A stretch of DNA of 64,000 bases, from the sequence record NC_028950.1; one strand, 5' to 3'. Under the pieces are notes generated by a model. That model searched no databases, was not told where the DNA came from, and was given only the letters and a program-made list of their open reading frames with translations. This document shows, in pieces, positions 9,134-19,237 of the stretch. Numbering within the stretch: position 1 is the stretch's first letter; each line of letters starts with the position of its first letter. The position numbers were made by a program, and so were the translations under genes.

Positions 9134-10402
9134 ATGGATAACAGATTAGATCTAACGATCGACCAGATCTATTCACTCGGGAAAAACGGGTCGGAGACCC
9201 TGCAAGCTGGGTTGGATCGGATCTATAATTCGACTCCGCTCGGTCCGTTGCCGAGTAACATGGTCAACACGATTTACGGTATCAACCACCGACAGACTCA
9301 GTTGGCTTTGCCTTTCAACCGCGACAATTATGGTTTGACATTTTTTACGCGGCCGAGGTTGAACCTGACCACCAACAACATTCGTTTTGTTCGGCAAATG
9401 TATCCGTTGTTGAACACGGAGCCACGGTCTATTCAGCGGATCATCCGCTGCCTGCTGGATCCCTCACTGGCATATCCAGACACGCAGTACACTCAGATCC
9501 AACCTGTCAAGTCGCCCTACGTGGACGACCTGAATATGTTTATTCCACTGCTGTCCAACCTTTGTCTTACGATTTCCGGCTGGCCTGATTACGTCGTCGA
9601 TACACATACGACGCCCGAGGGTCATTATCGGGAATCGCACAGCATGGTCGACAGCAGTATTGAAGTTAAAAACACATACGAATTGTCGGCTTCCTTTCGG
9701 AACATACCGAATAATCCGGTCACATTATTGTTTTATTTCTGGATCTTCTACGCATCGAAGGTCTTCGAAGGTGAAATGATTCCGTACGGCTCCTCGCTGT
9801 ATGAAAATGAGATCGATTACAACACCCGAATCTACCGTCTGGTACTGGATCCGACCAAGCGTTACGTTCAACATATCTTGTCGACTGGGGCGTCTTTCCC
9901 CCTCAATGCGCCGGTTGGTGCGCTGGGTAACTTCGACCACGACCAGCCCTTCAATGAATCAGGGGACAACGTCAACATCCGCTTCCAATGTATCGGAATG
10001 GATTACAACGACCCGATCCAGATTCAGGAGTTTAACTCCGCTGTGGCGCTCATGAATCCTGGCATGGACGATGGTTACCGCGACCAGTATTACATCAAGA
10101 TTCCTTACCAGATCCTCTCGTTCTTCAACATGCGTGGTTATCCTCGCATCGACAAGAGCACGATGGAACTGGAGTGGTACGTGTCCTACGCGATGTTCAA
10201 CTCGTACGCTCAGCAGTTGAGTGACTTCGCCAATATCCAGGGCATGCGCAACCAGACATTCCTGCAATATATTTCCGCTGGCGACTCTACTAATTATAAG
10301 AAAGCCTTGGAAGACCTGGATACCGAAAATCTGAATCAGACGTTCAATGGTGGCGTTATTAAAGCTAACGTCAACGGTAACTCTGGTTCCTCACAGACTT
10401 AA
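9134..10402 (+). CDS. Virion structural protein (phiKZ gp88-like, tail/baseplate region)
   Basis: 422 aa; GLTFFTRPRLNL motif; divergent from the head cluster. Confidence 0.7.
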   Translation: MDNRLDLTIDQIYSLGKNGSETLQAGLDRIYNSTPLGPLPSNMVNTIYGINHRQTQLALPFNRDNYGLTFFTRPRLNLTTNNIRFVRQMYPLLNTEPRSIQRIIRCLLDPSLAYPDTQYTQIQPVKSPYVDDLNMFIPLLSNLCLTISGWPDYVVDTHTTPEGHYRESHSMVDSSIEVKNTYELSASFRNIPNNPVTLLFYFWIFYASKVFEGEMIPYGSSLYENEIDYNTRIYRLVLDPTKRYVQHILSTGASFPLNAPVGALGNFDHDQPFNESGDNVNIRFQCIGMDYNDPIQIQEFNSAVALMNPGMDDGYRDQYYIKIPYQILSFFNMRGYPRIDKSTMELEWYVSYAMFNSYAQQLSDFANIQGMRNQTFLQYISAGDSTNYKKALEDLDTENLNQTFNGGVIKANVNGNSGSSQT

Positions 10403-10416
10403 CTGGAGCCATTTTA

Positions 10417-13335
10417 ATGGGCACTATCCGTGACATCATGAACGACGCCCTGGCGGCGTCGTATGACCCTAGCGGTCAGTTCAGAGCGTCGATGCGTACG
10501 CTCGTAGCAGTCATGAACGGAGAGATCGATGACATCTCTCCTGCCAACCCGGTCGTTTTGACTGTCGAGAACACGGCAGCACTGATTGCGGCTTTCACCG
10601 AAAGCATGCAGACTCAGACGCAACGGCTCTTGCAGGTGAATGCTCAGACGCCTGAGGATCTCTACCCTCACATGGCAGACGTGCATTTCACCAACATCTT
10701 CAACCTGCCGGCGAAGACGACTTTCACTCTGATTCTGGATAAGAAGGAAATCCTGAATTCGATGAAACCGATCGCCGGCACGATGTCGAGCAAGGTGACG
10801 ATTCCTCGTGACTCGTACTTCACGATCTCGGATTACGTCTTCGGCATTCACTATCCGATCGACATCATCCAGCAAGTGCACGGCGGTATTCGTGTTCAGT
10901 ACGACACAAGCGAGACGACCGCTCTGCAAGCCCTGTCGACCAACATCCTGAACACGCGCGAAGTCCAGCGTGACGGTGTGACGTATCTGGCAATCGACAT
11001 CGACGTCTTCCAGTTCGACATTGCGAGCAAGACGCCAACCGTCACTCAGGGTACGACCTTCAGCTTCAATGTGTCGATCACGGATCTGTATTACGCGACT
11101 CGTGTCTACATGACGAACGCCGATGGTTCGATGACCGAGATCCCCGTCACGTATAGCGAGAAGATCTACGATCCTCTCAAGCCGTGTGCTGTGGTGAAAC
11201 TGAGCGATGGGAATGTGAACATTTCCATTCCGCAGATCTACATCAACCAGGGCATCATTCTGGGTGTGTTGCGCTGCGATGTTTACACCACGAAGGGTCC
11301 GCTTCAGACGGATTTCTCCAGCTACGCGATCGGGTCGGTGGGTCACCGCTTCAGAGACCTCGATAAGAACGCTGTAACGACCTATACGGCCCCGATGCAG
11401 CAGTTGGATACCTGCACCCTACTGGCTGAACAGCCGGTCTCTGGCGGCGCTCTGGCGATGACTTTCGACGAGTTGCGTACCGCTGTGATCGCTGATGCAA
11501 TTGGCGACCCCAACATCCCGATCACGCCTGCTCAGATCCAGAACTTCATCACGCGTCTGGGCTACGACGTCATCAAGAATACCGACATCGTGACCGACCG
11601 TGTGTTCCTGGGTACGAAGAACATGCCGGACCCGACCGATGCGTCTTTGCTGACTGCTGCGAACGCTTCTATCGAAACGATGAATGCGGCGTTCACCGAT
11701 CTGATCGGTAACTCGGCAGTGCTCGACAACACGGCGGATTCGAACTCCATCACCTTGACGCCTAAGGCTATCTACCAATTGGTCGACGGCATGCTCAAGC
11801 TGGTGGACGACTCCACGCTCGCTTCGATCAATGCAATGCGCAGCGATCTGAAAGCAGCATACATCACCAATGGCGGTTTCCTCTATTCGCCGTTTTACTA
11901 CGTGCTGGATAAGAGCAACAACCAGTTCCGACTGGCGCCTTACTACCTGGATAATCCCCAGGTCTTGTCTCAGACGTTTGTTCAAGACAACGAAGGCACG
12001 CTCCTGCAAGTCAATACCAACGGTTACACGCTGGCAAAGACCGACACAGGCTACAAACTTCGACTCACCGTTAAGTCGAATGCTGACTACAAGGCTCTGC
12101 TGGACACGGACGTACAGTGCATCCTGGGCTTTAAGTCGCCGACTGAAGAAGATCCCTGCTGGATGGTCGGTACGATCTACGGAACGGATCCCGTAAGCAA
12201 GGAACGGATCTGGGAATTCGATCTCGACTCCAACTTCGCGATGGACGTCACGGATCGGCTGGACTTCCGTAACTTCAAGATGTACGACACGACCGCGAAG
12301 ACAATCTTCGCGAATCTCACGCAAGACTTCACGGTTATCTATGCGACGCAATCGCAGCTGGGTAACCTCTTCGTGCCTGGCCTGATCGACGCACAGCTTC
12401 CGCGTTATCTGGTCGGCCTGAATAGCAAGGCGATCTGCCAGGAAAAGCTGTCTTTGCAGTTCGGACAAGCTTTGTCGAATCTTTGGGCGCGTGCTCGTTC
12501 GGTTGCTTCCACGATCGAATACGAAACGTACCCGACGGATGTTATCCTGCGTTACACGGAAGACATCTGGAAGATCGATCCTGCGACCAATAGCACGATC
12601 TTCATGGTCAACGGTAAGCCCACTCGCATTCTTCTGCATGCGAAGGGCGATCCGATGCTGGACGTCAATGGCAACCAGCAGATTCAGTATCCGGCTGGTT
12701 CGATCGTGTATGACAATACGCAGAATCCGCCTGTACCGATCGTCAAGAACGTTCGTTATCTGAAGCATCGCTTCGAGCTCTTCCTGATCGAAGGCGTCTA
12801 TGCATTCAGTAACGACGACATTGCTATCGCCTATCGTAACACCGTTGCTCAGACGGTGGCTTCGTGGGTGACGACCGACATGGTGAACGTTCAGAAGGCT
12901 TCGATGGATAAGACGCGAGTCTACTTCTATCCGAAGACGATCTTCGGCACCATCGAGGTTATGGTAGCTGATGGGATTATCCAGCAGATCTCGGCAGGTC
13001 AGCGTTTCGACGTTGCATTGACCGTGACCAAGGAAGTCTATCAGGACGACGTTAAACGACTGCTGCTGACGAATCAGACGACGACGGTGATTGCCGCCTA
13101 TCTGAAAGGTCAGACGCTTTCCAACAGCGACATCGTGGATCAGCTTCGCGCTAATTATGGCGAAGACGTTCTGGATGTTCAGGTATCGCTCTTTGGTGAT
13201 GCTGCGAACATTCCGGTGATGCAGTTGGTCAATGAAGTCCACTGTTGCGGTATTCGTAAACGACTGGTGTCGCGTGATGACAACAAGCTGGTCGTGCAGG
13301 AAGACATCAACGTGACCTTCACGATGATCCAGTAA
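10417..13335 (+). CDS. Large virion structural/baseplate wedge-like protein (phiKZ gp87-like)
   Basis: 972 aa; GGAG RBS; GG...MTFDELR...ITPAQIQ segment reminiscent of baseplate J/gp6-type wedge proteins; synteny. Confidence 0.7.
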   Translation: MGTIRDIMNDALAASYDPSGQFRASMRTLVAVMNGEIDDISPANPVVLTVENTAALIAAFTESMQTQTQRLLQVNAQTPEDLYPHMADVHFTNIFNLPAKTTFTLILDKKEILNSMKPIAGTMSSKVTIPRDSYFTISDYVFGIHYPIDIIQQVHGGIRVQYDTSETTALQALSTNILNTREVQRDGVTYLAIDIDVFQFDIASKTPTVTQGTTFSFNVSITDLYYATRVYMTNADGSMTEIPVTYSEKIYDPLKPCAVVKLSDGNVNISIPQIYINQGIILGVLRCDVYTTKGPLQTDFSSYAIGSVGHRFRDLDKNAVTTYTAPMQQLDTCTLLAEQPVSGGALAMTFDELRTAVIADAIGDPNIPITPAQIQNFITRLGYDVIKNTDIVTDRVFLGTKNMPDPTDASLLTAANASIETMNAAFTDLIGNSAVLDNTADSNSITLTPKAIYQLVDGMLKLVDDSTLASINAMRSDLKAAYITNGGFLYSPFYYVLDKSNNQFRLAPYYLDNPQVLSQTFVQDNEGTLLQVNTNGYTLAKTDTGYKLRLTVKSNADYKALLDTDVQCILGFKSPTEEDPCWMVGTIYGTDPVSKERIWEFDLDSNFAMDVTDRLDFRNFKMYDTTAKTIFANLTQDFTVIYATQSQLGNLFVPGLIDAQLPRYLVGLNSKAICQEKLSLQFGQALSNLWARARSVASTIEYETYPTDVILRYTEDIWKIDPATNSTIFMVNGKPTRILLHAKGDPMLDVNGNQQIQYPAGSIVYDNTQNPPVPIVKNVRYLKHRFELFLIEGVYAFSNDDIAIAYRNTVAQTVASWVTTDMVNVQKASMDKTRVYFYPKTIFGTIEVMVADGIIQQISAGQRFDVALTVTKEVYQDDVKRLLLTNQTTTVIAAYLKGQTLSNSDIVDQLRANYGEDVLDVQVSLFGDAANIPVMQLVNEVHCCGIRKRLVSRDDNKLVVQEDINVTFTMIQ

Positions 13336-13346
13336 CATAGATGAAC

Positions 13347-13380
13347 CATACACACCTGGGCTTGCGCCCAGGTGTGTATG
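13347..13380. terminator. Bidirectional 15-bp hairpin between convergent genes, bounded by CATA...TATG
   Basis: catacacacctgggc-ttgc-gcccaggtgtgtatg. Confidence 0.8.
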
Positions 13381-13391
13381 TGCTCTTTCGT

Positions 13392-15182
13392 TTAGTCTTC
13401 TTTCTTCGGCTGACCCGTCACGATACGGAGAGCGTTTTCAGCTTCCGACGTGGACATGGTGATCGAAGGACGATCTTCATCGTCGTTATCGTCCGAACCG
13501 CCAAACGACACCTTCAGGTGCGAGACGGAGACGAACGGCAGCATGTGTTGGTTGACCGTCGATTCCCGGGCTTCCTTACTCAGGTCCGAGAGATCGTCGA
13601 CGAGTTCTTCCAGCGAAGGAGGAACCATTTCTTTCACCTTGTTGTAGAGCGCCACGATGCCGGCAGCGTTCTTCTTCAGGGTATTGACGACATCAGCGGC
13701 ATTCTTGGTGACTTCCGTGTAAACACGGGAGATCTCCGCATACACTCGCATGAGGCCGGTGTAATTCTCCGTCAGAATGCGTTGCATGCCGATAATCGTC
13801 TTGGCGTTCGCGCGATATTCGGCAGAATCGAACTTCTCCTTGTCCTTCGCATTCTTGCGCAACTCTTCGGCTTTCGCTTCGAGCTGTGCCATGATCGGTT
13901 GAGACTTCTTGAGAAGCTCAATGAACACGATCATGCCTCGCCAGTTAACTTCCTTCAGACGACGGACGCCGATCTGATAGCCGGAGAGGAGTTCTTCCAG
14001 GTCGTTGAAGTTCGGCTCTTTCGAACCAGCATCGTGAATGCTGTCACGAAGAGCCTGCGCCCATGCAGGTGCGGATTCGAAGGTATGGGAACCGATCTTG
14101 AACGCAGCCGGCCGTTCGTCCGAGATCTTAGCCAGGGACAGAAGGGACGACTCTTCTTTCCGGTGGCTGGTAAACGTCGCGCTGGAGTCTGCGAATGCGG
14201 ACTGACCTGCTTTCATGAAGTTGAAGGCTTCTTCCAGCGCATCCAGTTCGGACACCATGATCTTGCTGTAGCTGTTAAAGCCCTCGAACGATGCAGTGAT
14301 GAGTGACATCGCATCACTGCGTTCTTGAGCGAAAACAACCCGAGCGTAACGACTCGGCTTTCTCATGTATTCCAGAACTTCTTTGCCGCCTTCGACGCCC
14401 ATCAGAGCTTCGCCCAAATCGATCTTCAGAAAATGCTCGCGCTGTGCTTTCGGATCGATTTGCGTGTTGTCGAGCAGATCGGGAATCTCCCGAATGATCT
14501 GGTCTTGAATCGATTCAGGCAGAGAGGACTTGCGGATTTCCTCGTGGCTGATAGCATTCGGCATCCGGACGTTCAGCTGCTTGCCCTTCACGGACTTAAC
14601 CTTCGAGACCGTGCGTTCAAGAACCTTTTCCTGTTGCTCGACTTTCTTCTCGGATTCGCGAACGCCTTCTTCCGCTTTATCCAGAGAACCGCTGCCACCG
14701 CCACTCGATCCGTTTCCACCACCGAATAGCCAGCTGATGAACTTGTAGATGATGGCGACGAGAAACGCTGCTGCTGCCGCGATCACCACCCACATCTGGC
14801 CCGAGATCGCTTCCAGACTCGGCTCATAGCCAACGCCGGAAACATCTTCAGTGAAGTAGCTGGGCTTGATGTGGGATTCGAGAGACGGAACGAGTTCCAG
14901 AAGCTCGTAAGCCATCCCACGACTCATGCCCTTTTCCTTCTTCATCCGACGTTCCAGATCGACGAGGCGCTGGACGTAGGATTCGGTCGAGATGATCAGA
15001 TCGATGTCGTCCTTCATCTCCGGAAATTCGTTGGCCAATTCCGGTTGTTTGAAGAACGACGTATCGGGCATCTCGAAGCCGCTGTTGGGACCGCCGTCAG
15101 CTGCCGACTGCATGGCTTGCTTACGGATGTCCTCGTTGTCGTTGAACTTGTCCCACGTGAAAATGGAGTCGCCTCGCATCAT
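13392..15182 (-). CDS. Internal head protein (phiKZ gp86-like)
   Basis: 596 aa; SLE sites followed by hydrophobic helix MWVVIAAAAAFLVAIIYKFISWLFG and a Gly/Ser linker. Confidence 0.7.
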   Translation of the reverse strand: MMRGDSIFTWDKFNDNEDIRKQAMQSAADGGPNSGFEMPDTSFFKQPELANEFPEMKDDIDLIISTESYVQRLVDLERRMKKEKGMSRGMAYELLELVPSLESHIKPSYFTEDVSGVGYEPSLEAISGQMWVVIAAAAAFLVAIIYKFISWLFGGGNGSSGGGSGSLDKAEEGVRESEKKVEQQEKVLERTVSKVKSVKGKQLNVRMPNAISHEEIRKSSLPESIQDQIIREIPDLLDNTQIDPKAQREHFLKIDLGEALMGVEGGKEVLEYMRKPSRYARVVFAQERSDAMSLITASFEGFNSYSKIMVSELDALEEAFNFMKAGQSAFADSSATFTSHRKEESSLLSLAKISDERPAAFKIGSHTFESAPAWAQALRDSIHDAGSKEPNFNDLEELLSGYQIGVRRLKEVNWRGMIVFIELLKKSQPIMAQLEAKAEELRKNAKDKEKFDSAEYRANAKTIIGMQRILTENYTGLMRVYAEISRVYTEVTKNAADVVNTLKKNAAGIVALYNKVKEMVPPSLEELVDDLSDLSKEARESTVNQHMLPFVSVSHLKVSFGGSDDNDDEDRPSITMSTSEAENALRIVTGQPKKED

Positions 15183-15193
15183 GGCGGGTCACC

Positions 15194-15670
15194 TCACGAG
15201 AGCGAGATCTTGTTGCACTCGCGCAACTTGCAGATGAGCAGGTTGGCCATCTGGAGAACGGCCGATGCCTGCATGCCGACTTCCTTGATGGCGTTCCACA
15301 CTTCGACCGACATGATCGGAGCGATGCCCAGTGCCGTGGCCAGGAATTCGAATTCCGGGTTCACGTTGTAGTCGCACGCTTCGCCGTTCAGGATACGGCT
15401 GCGCAGCAGGAACATCATCTTCGCAGCTTCACAGGCTGCTTGCACGTCGATGAGCATTTCCTCGTTCAGGAACGAGACCGTACGCGCGACGTTTGCCGTG
15501 TGTGCATCTGCGAACACCGTCATCGGGTTCAGTTCGTTGCCGATCTTCGGAACGAGATGGTTGCCGATTGCCATGCCGATGATGACCGGCAGGATCAGGC
15601 GACGCTTGGTGGAATCGGGCAGCATGAGGCTGACCTTGCCAGCGAATTCTTGGACTTCGAGATTCTGCAT
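15194..15670 (-). CDS. Virion-associated hypothetical protein (phiKZ gp85-like)
   Basis: 158 aa; GAGG-like RBS; synteny. Confidence 0.65.
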   Translation of the reverse strand: MQNLEVQEFAGKVSLMLPDSTKRRLILPVIIGMAIGNHLVPKIGNELNPMTVFADAHTANVARTVSFLNEEMLIDVQAACEAAKMMFLLRSRILNGEACDYNVNPEFEFLATALGIAPIMSVEVWNAIKEVGMQASAVLQMANLLICKLRECNKISLS

Positions 15671-15685
15671 GATGGTGACCTGTGG

Positions 15686-16996
15686 TTAAGCGTTACGGAA
15701 CTTGTTTGCGTAGTAGAACAGCTTGTTGGACGCCATGTCTTCGAGCTGTTGCTGGAATTCGATCTGTTTGCGTTTGTTGACGCCCGACGGAATCAGGTAG
15801 TCATAGACCAGGCCCACGAGCTGGGTATGGTCCTTGAAGTTTTCGTTGGTCTTGTCGATGATGTCGATATCTTCGCGGATGCGAGCCGAATCTTCTTTCG
15901 TCAGACCGGGTTCCTTCAGTTCGTTCACGAGATCGTTGCGGATACGCGTGAAACGACGACCAGCTTTGTCGTACCAGTCGTGATGGGCATCTGCCAGCAG
16001 GAGACCAGCGAGCAACACGAACGTCGTGTATGCGCCATAGACCTGACCGACTGCGATTTCGAAGATGCCGAGCGCCAGCACACAGACCTTCACGAATTCC
16101 ATGAAGAAGTAGCCGACCCAGCCACGACGATAGATCGTGCCCTTGTACATCTTGTCCAGACCTGTCACGAGATCCTTACCGGCGCCATGACGCGTTGCGA
16201 ACTGATCCGACAGAGCTTCGAAGCTGTTGATGTCGTAGCCTTCCACGCCCGACTGGCTGCGGTTGTTGCGTGCCAGGTTCGAGATGATGACCGTGTAGAT
16301 CGTCGTGTTGTTCTTGTTGCCGAGATCCTGGGCATCGATGTTCGTCAAGGACAACATGTCGCCAGCTTCCTTGATGATGATCTCACGCTTGCCGTGATCG
16401 GTCGTACCGTCCAGTTCACGCACCATCGTGATGAGGATCTGGTTGGTCGTACGGAAGCGGATCAGGTGTTCGAAGAACGACCAGACGTGACCGACTTCAT
16501 GCAGGATGATCGCCGAGAGTTCAGGACTCGTGTATTCACGGCCGTCGAAGAGCTTGTAGAGCAGACCCTTGTTGCCGTAGATCATTGCAGCATTCAGGTA
16601 CATCTTGATCGGCGGCAGATCTGCCAGGTAACCGTCCACCCAGCCTGCGTTCAGATCCATGAACGCACGCACTTCCTTGTTCTGGCTCTTGCGGATGTCG
16701 GCGAGCGAGCGCTTGGAGAGCGTCGTGTCCTTCCAGCCGTAACCTTCAAGCAGCGGGCTGTTCTTGTCCAGATGCGGGGGTTCCGTCATCATGGGCATGT
16801 CCGAGACGCTGACCTCGAAGTTGATGTTCGTGTTTTCTTTGATGCATTTTGCGACTGCGATCTCGAACTCGGTGCGAGTATTACCGTCGCTCTTGGTACG
16901 GTACTCGTCGATGATCGCCGTCATCTCGCGGTGAAAGCGATCGTTCTGGAACGAGATGCTCTCCGGCGAGTAGATGGGATTGATGGTGGTAAACAT
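15686..16996 (-). CDS. Virion protein with zinc-metallopeptidase motif and transmembrane hairpin (phiKZ gp84-like)
   Basis: IILHEVGH (HEXXH), downstream FEALSDQFA (ExxxD third-ligand type motif), two hydrophobic helices near the C-terminus; start taken as ATG 16996. Confidence 0.7.
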   Translation of the reverse strand: MFTTINPIYSPESISFQNDRFHREMTAIIDEYRTKSDGNTRTEFEIAVAKCIKENTNINFEVSVSDMPMMTEPPHLDKNSPLLEGYGWKDTTLSKRSLADIRKSQNKEVRAFMDLNAGWVDGYLADLPPIKMYLNAAMIYGNKGLLYKLFDGREYTSPELSAIILHEVGHVWSFFEHLIRFRTTNQILITMVRELDGTTDHGKREIIIKEAGDMLSLTNIDAQDLGNKNNTTIYTVIISNLARNNRSQSGVEGYDINSFEALSDQFATRHGAGKDLVTGLDKMYKGTIYRRGWVGYFFMEFVKVCVLALGIFEIAVGQVYGAYTTFVLLAGLLLADAHHDWYDKAGRRFTRIRNDLVNELKEPGLTKEDSARIREDIDIIDKTNENFKDHTQLVGLVYDYLIPSGVNKRKQIEFQQQLEDMASNKLFYYANKFRNA

Positions 16997-17092
16997 GTTT
17001 TGGCCGACCTTTGTCAACGGTAATTAAAAATCAGACGACACAATGTTGTGCCTGAAATTGTCCTACGCCTCATAAAAAAGGTGCGAAATAGA

Positions 17093-19186
17093 ATGGATAA
17101 TATTCTGTTACTCAACAAGAGGAACAAAACAGCAGTTTACCCTGGTGATCTGTTGGTCATTGACATTGACAGAACGTGTCCGATTCTTGGAAATCCATTT
17201 CCGATGAAGGACCCAAGCGATGAAGAAAGAGAGCGAGTAGTCGACTCTTATCGTCGTTATTTTGAAAAAGAATACGAAGCTGGTGGCGCTCTGACAAAGA
17301 GAGTTCACGAGCTAACAGACCTGGTTCGCTCTGGTAAGCGGATCGGTCTTAGATGCTGGTGTCATCCTAAGCGATGTCACGGCAACATCATCATTTCCAA
17401 AATCAAAGAACTACTGGAAGGAAACATGACTGAATCGCCTCAACAACCCAGTAAAGAGTTTCTGAACTATCCTTTCGCCAAAGAAGATATCGACTACGTC
17501 GAGTGTCGTTTCGCTATCCACATTCCGAAGGACAAGCACAACGACAAGAGTATCGACCTTCATGCGGTCAAGGAAATCATCCACTTCAAGGATGGTACGA
17601 CCAAACCGTGGGTGAAGTACATCCCGAATTACCAGTGCAAATTCTGGACGACGAAGCCTCATGTTCGTAACGGCCGGTTTGCACACAAGCAAAAGAAAGA
17701 ATGGGAGTCACTGGATAACCTGATCGAAGGTCAGGCTACGGCTTCCGGCATGGGTTTTGCAGTTGCTCGTGCGTTGGACCAGATGCGTCTTGCTGATCGT
17801 ATCTTCGATCTGAAGGATTCGCCTTTCGTCTACGGTCTCGATATTCCGTCGACGGTACAGCTTAAGCACGACTACACTGTGCGTATGCAAGGTAAAGCGG
17901 ATACTCCGTTTACCATCGCCTATTCGGATACTGAAACGAACATGCTCGGTATCGAAGAAGGCGCTTCGAAACACATCATCATGCAGTCGCTCTTCCACGA
18001 AGACGGGCGTCTCTTCACGGTGATTCTCGAAGACTTCGTGAAGACGCTGCCTAACCCGCAGAAAGATCTTCGTGCCCTCTACGACGAACACATGCCTCAG
18101 CAAGGCAAGGATCTCGTCAAGGATTGGGAAATCGCAATCGTCAAAGAACCGATCGACATCGTCAAGGCAATTCTGCAACGATGCCATACGTGGCAGCCTG
18201 ACTTCCTGTCGTTCTGGAACATGATCTTCGACTTGGACAAAATGATCCAGTGCGTTGAAGACGCCGGTTATCGTCCTGAAGACATCTTCTGCGATCCTCG
18301 TCTACCGCGTGAGTTGCGCTACGCTTTCCTGAAGCGCGCCAACCCATCCAAGACGTCGGCATCGGGTCGTTTGATGACCAAGAAACCTGCTGACCAATGG
18401 CATAGCTGGCTGTGTCCTGCCTCGTTTTACATCATCGACCAGATGGCTACCTACCGTTTCGTTCGTAAGTCGAAGCAGCTGGAAAAGTCTTACGGTCTGG
18501 ATGACATTCTGGGCAAGGAACTCGAAGGTCTGGGTAAGCTCAAGCACAAGCCTGCTGAAGGTTTGACTAAAGCTGAATTCCACATCTTCATGCAACAGAA
18601 GTATCCTGGCGAGTACGTGATCTATCACATCTGGGATGCGGTCTGTATGCACCTGCTGACGTTGAAGACGAAGGACTTGTCATTCTCGTTGCCAGGTACG
18701 ACGGAGTTCTCGGACTTCGTGAGCTTTGAATCGGAACCGAAGCGCTATATCCACAAGTTCCATTTCTACGCATTGGAAAACCATCGATGCGTGACTGGTG
18801 TATCCAGTAAAGCTCTGGTACAAGAATACGACGACATGACCATCTCCACCAAAGGCCACATCGTTACGCTTGAACCACATTTGACTGTGGATTCGGGGAT
18901 GAAGATCTTCAATGATTATCCCGAGCTACAGACAAACTTCTACGGCCACAATGCTGACTTGGACGTTAAGTCCAGTTATCCATACGGCCAGTGGGTTTTC
19001 AACATGTCGCGTCAGACGACTGTTCGAGAACTCGTTGAGATCGAAGGTGTGCGAGATCATACTCGCCGCATCCAAGGTCTTAACATCTCCGGTGGACGCA
19101 GTAACGCAGTTGAATTCTGTACTGAGATCTTCGGTCTTCCGACTCTTGCTGAACTCGACAAGATTTATGATCAAGCACATGCATAA
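17093..19186 (+). CDS. Split family-B DNA polymerase subunit (phiKZ gp82-like; 3'-5' exonuclease plus motif A) with in-frame N-terminal DUF4326-like domain
   Basis: Exo motifs SDTET, FWNMIFDLD, YHIWDA; PolB motif A DLDVKSSYP; N-terminus has LGNPF...LRCWCHPKRCHGNII; second RBS+ATG at 17426. Confidence 0.85.
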   Translation: MDNILLLNKRNKTAVYPGDLLVIDIDRTCPILGNPFPMKDPSDEERERVVDSYRRYFEKEYEAGGALTKRVHELTDLVRSGKRIGLRCWCHPKRCHGNIIISKIKELLEGNMTESPQQPSKEFLNYPFAKEDIDYVECRFAIHIPKDKHNDKSIDLHAVKEIIHFKDGTTKPWVKYIPNYQCKFWTTKPHVRNGRFAHKQKKEWESLDNLIEGQATASGMGFAVARALDQMRLADRIFDLKDSPFVYGLDIPSTVQLKHDYTVRMQGKADTPFTIAYSDTETNMLGIEEGASKHIIMQSLFHEDGRLFTVILEDFVKTLPNPQKDLRALYDEHMPQQGKDLVKDWEIAIVKEPIDIVKAILQRCHTWQPDFLSFWNMIFDLDKMIQCVEDAGYRPEDIFCDPRLPRELRYAFLKRANPSKTSASGRLMTKKPADQWHSWLCPASFYIIDQMATYRFVRKSKQLEKSYGLDDILGKELEGLGKLKHKPAEGLTKAEFHIFMQQKYPGEYVIYHIWDAVCMHLLTLKTKDLSFSLPGTTEFSDFVSFESEPKRYIHKFHFYALENHRCVTGVSSKALVQEYDDMTISTKGHIVTLEPHLTVDSGMKIFNDYPELQTNFYGHNADLDVKSSYPYGQWVFNMSRQTTVRELVEIEGVRDHTRRIQGLNISGGRSNAVEFCTEIFGLPTLAELDKIYDQAHA

Positions 19187-19188
19187 AG

Positions 19189-19232
19189 CATAGGTCACCA
19201 TTCCTACCCGAAAGGGTAGGAATGGATCTATG
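19189..19232. terminator. Bidirectional hairpin (GAAA loop) bounded by CATAG...CTATG
   Basis: ccattcctaccc-gaaa-gggtaggaatgg between convergent genes. Confidence 0.8.
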
Positions 19233-19237
19233 TCTGC

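Noticed and set aside
8001-9176. Extended ORF-track starts (also 17048, 20452, 26076, 33867, 42055, 43026)
   Set aside because: Downstream ATGs have proper RBSs and remove overlaps with neighbouring genes, terminators or promoters, so the shorter starts were used.
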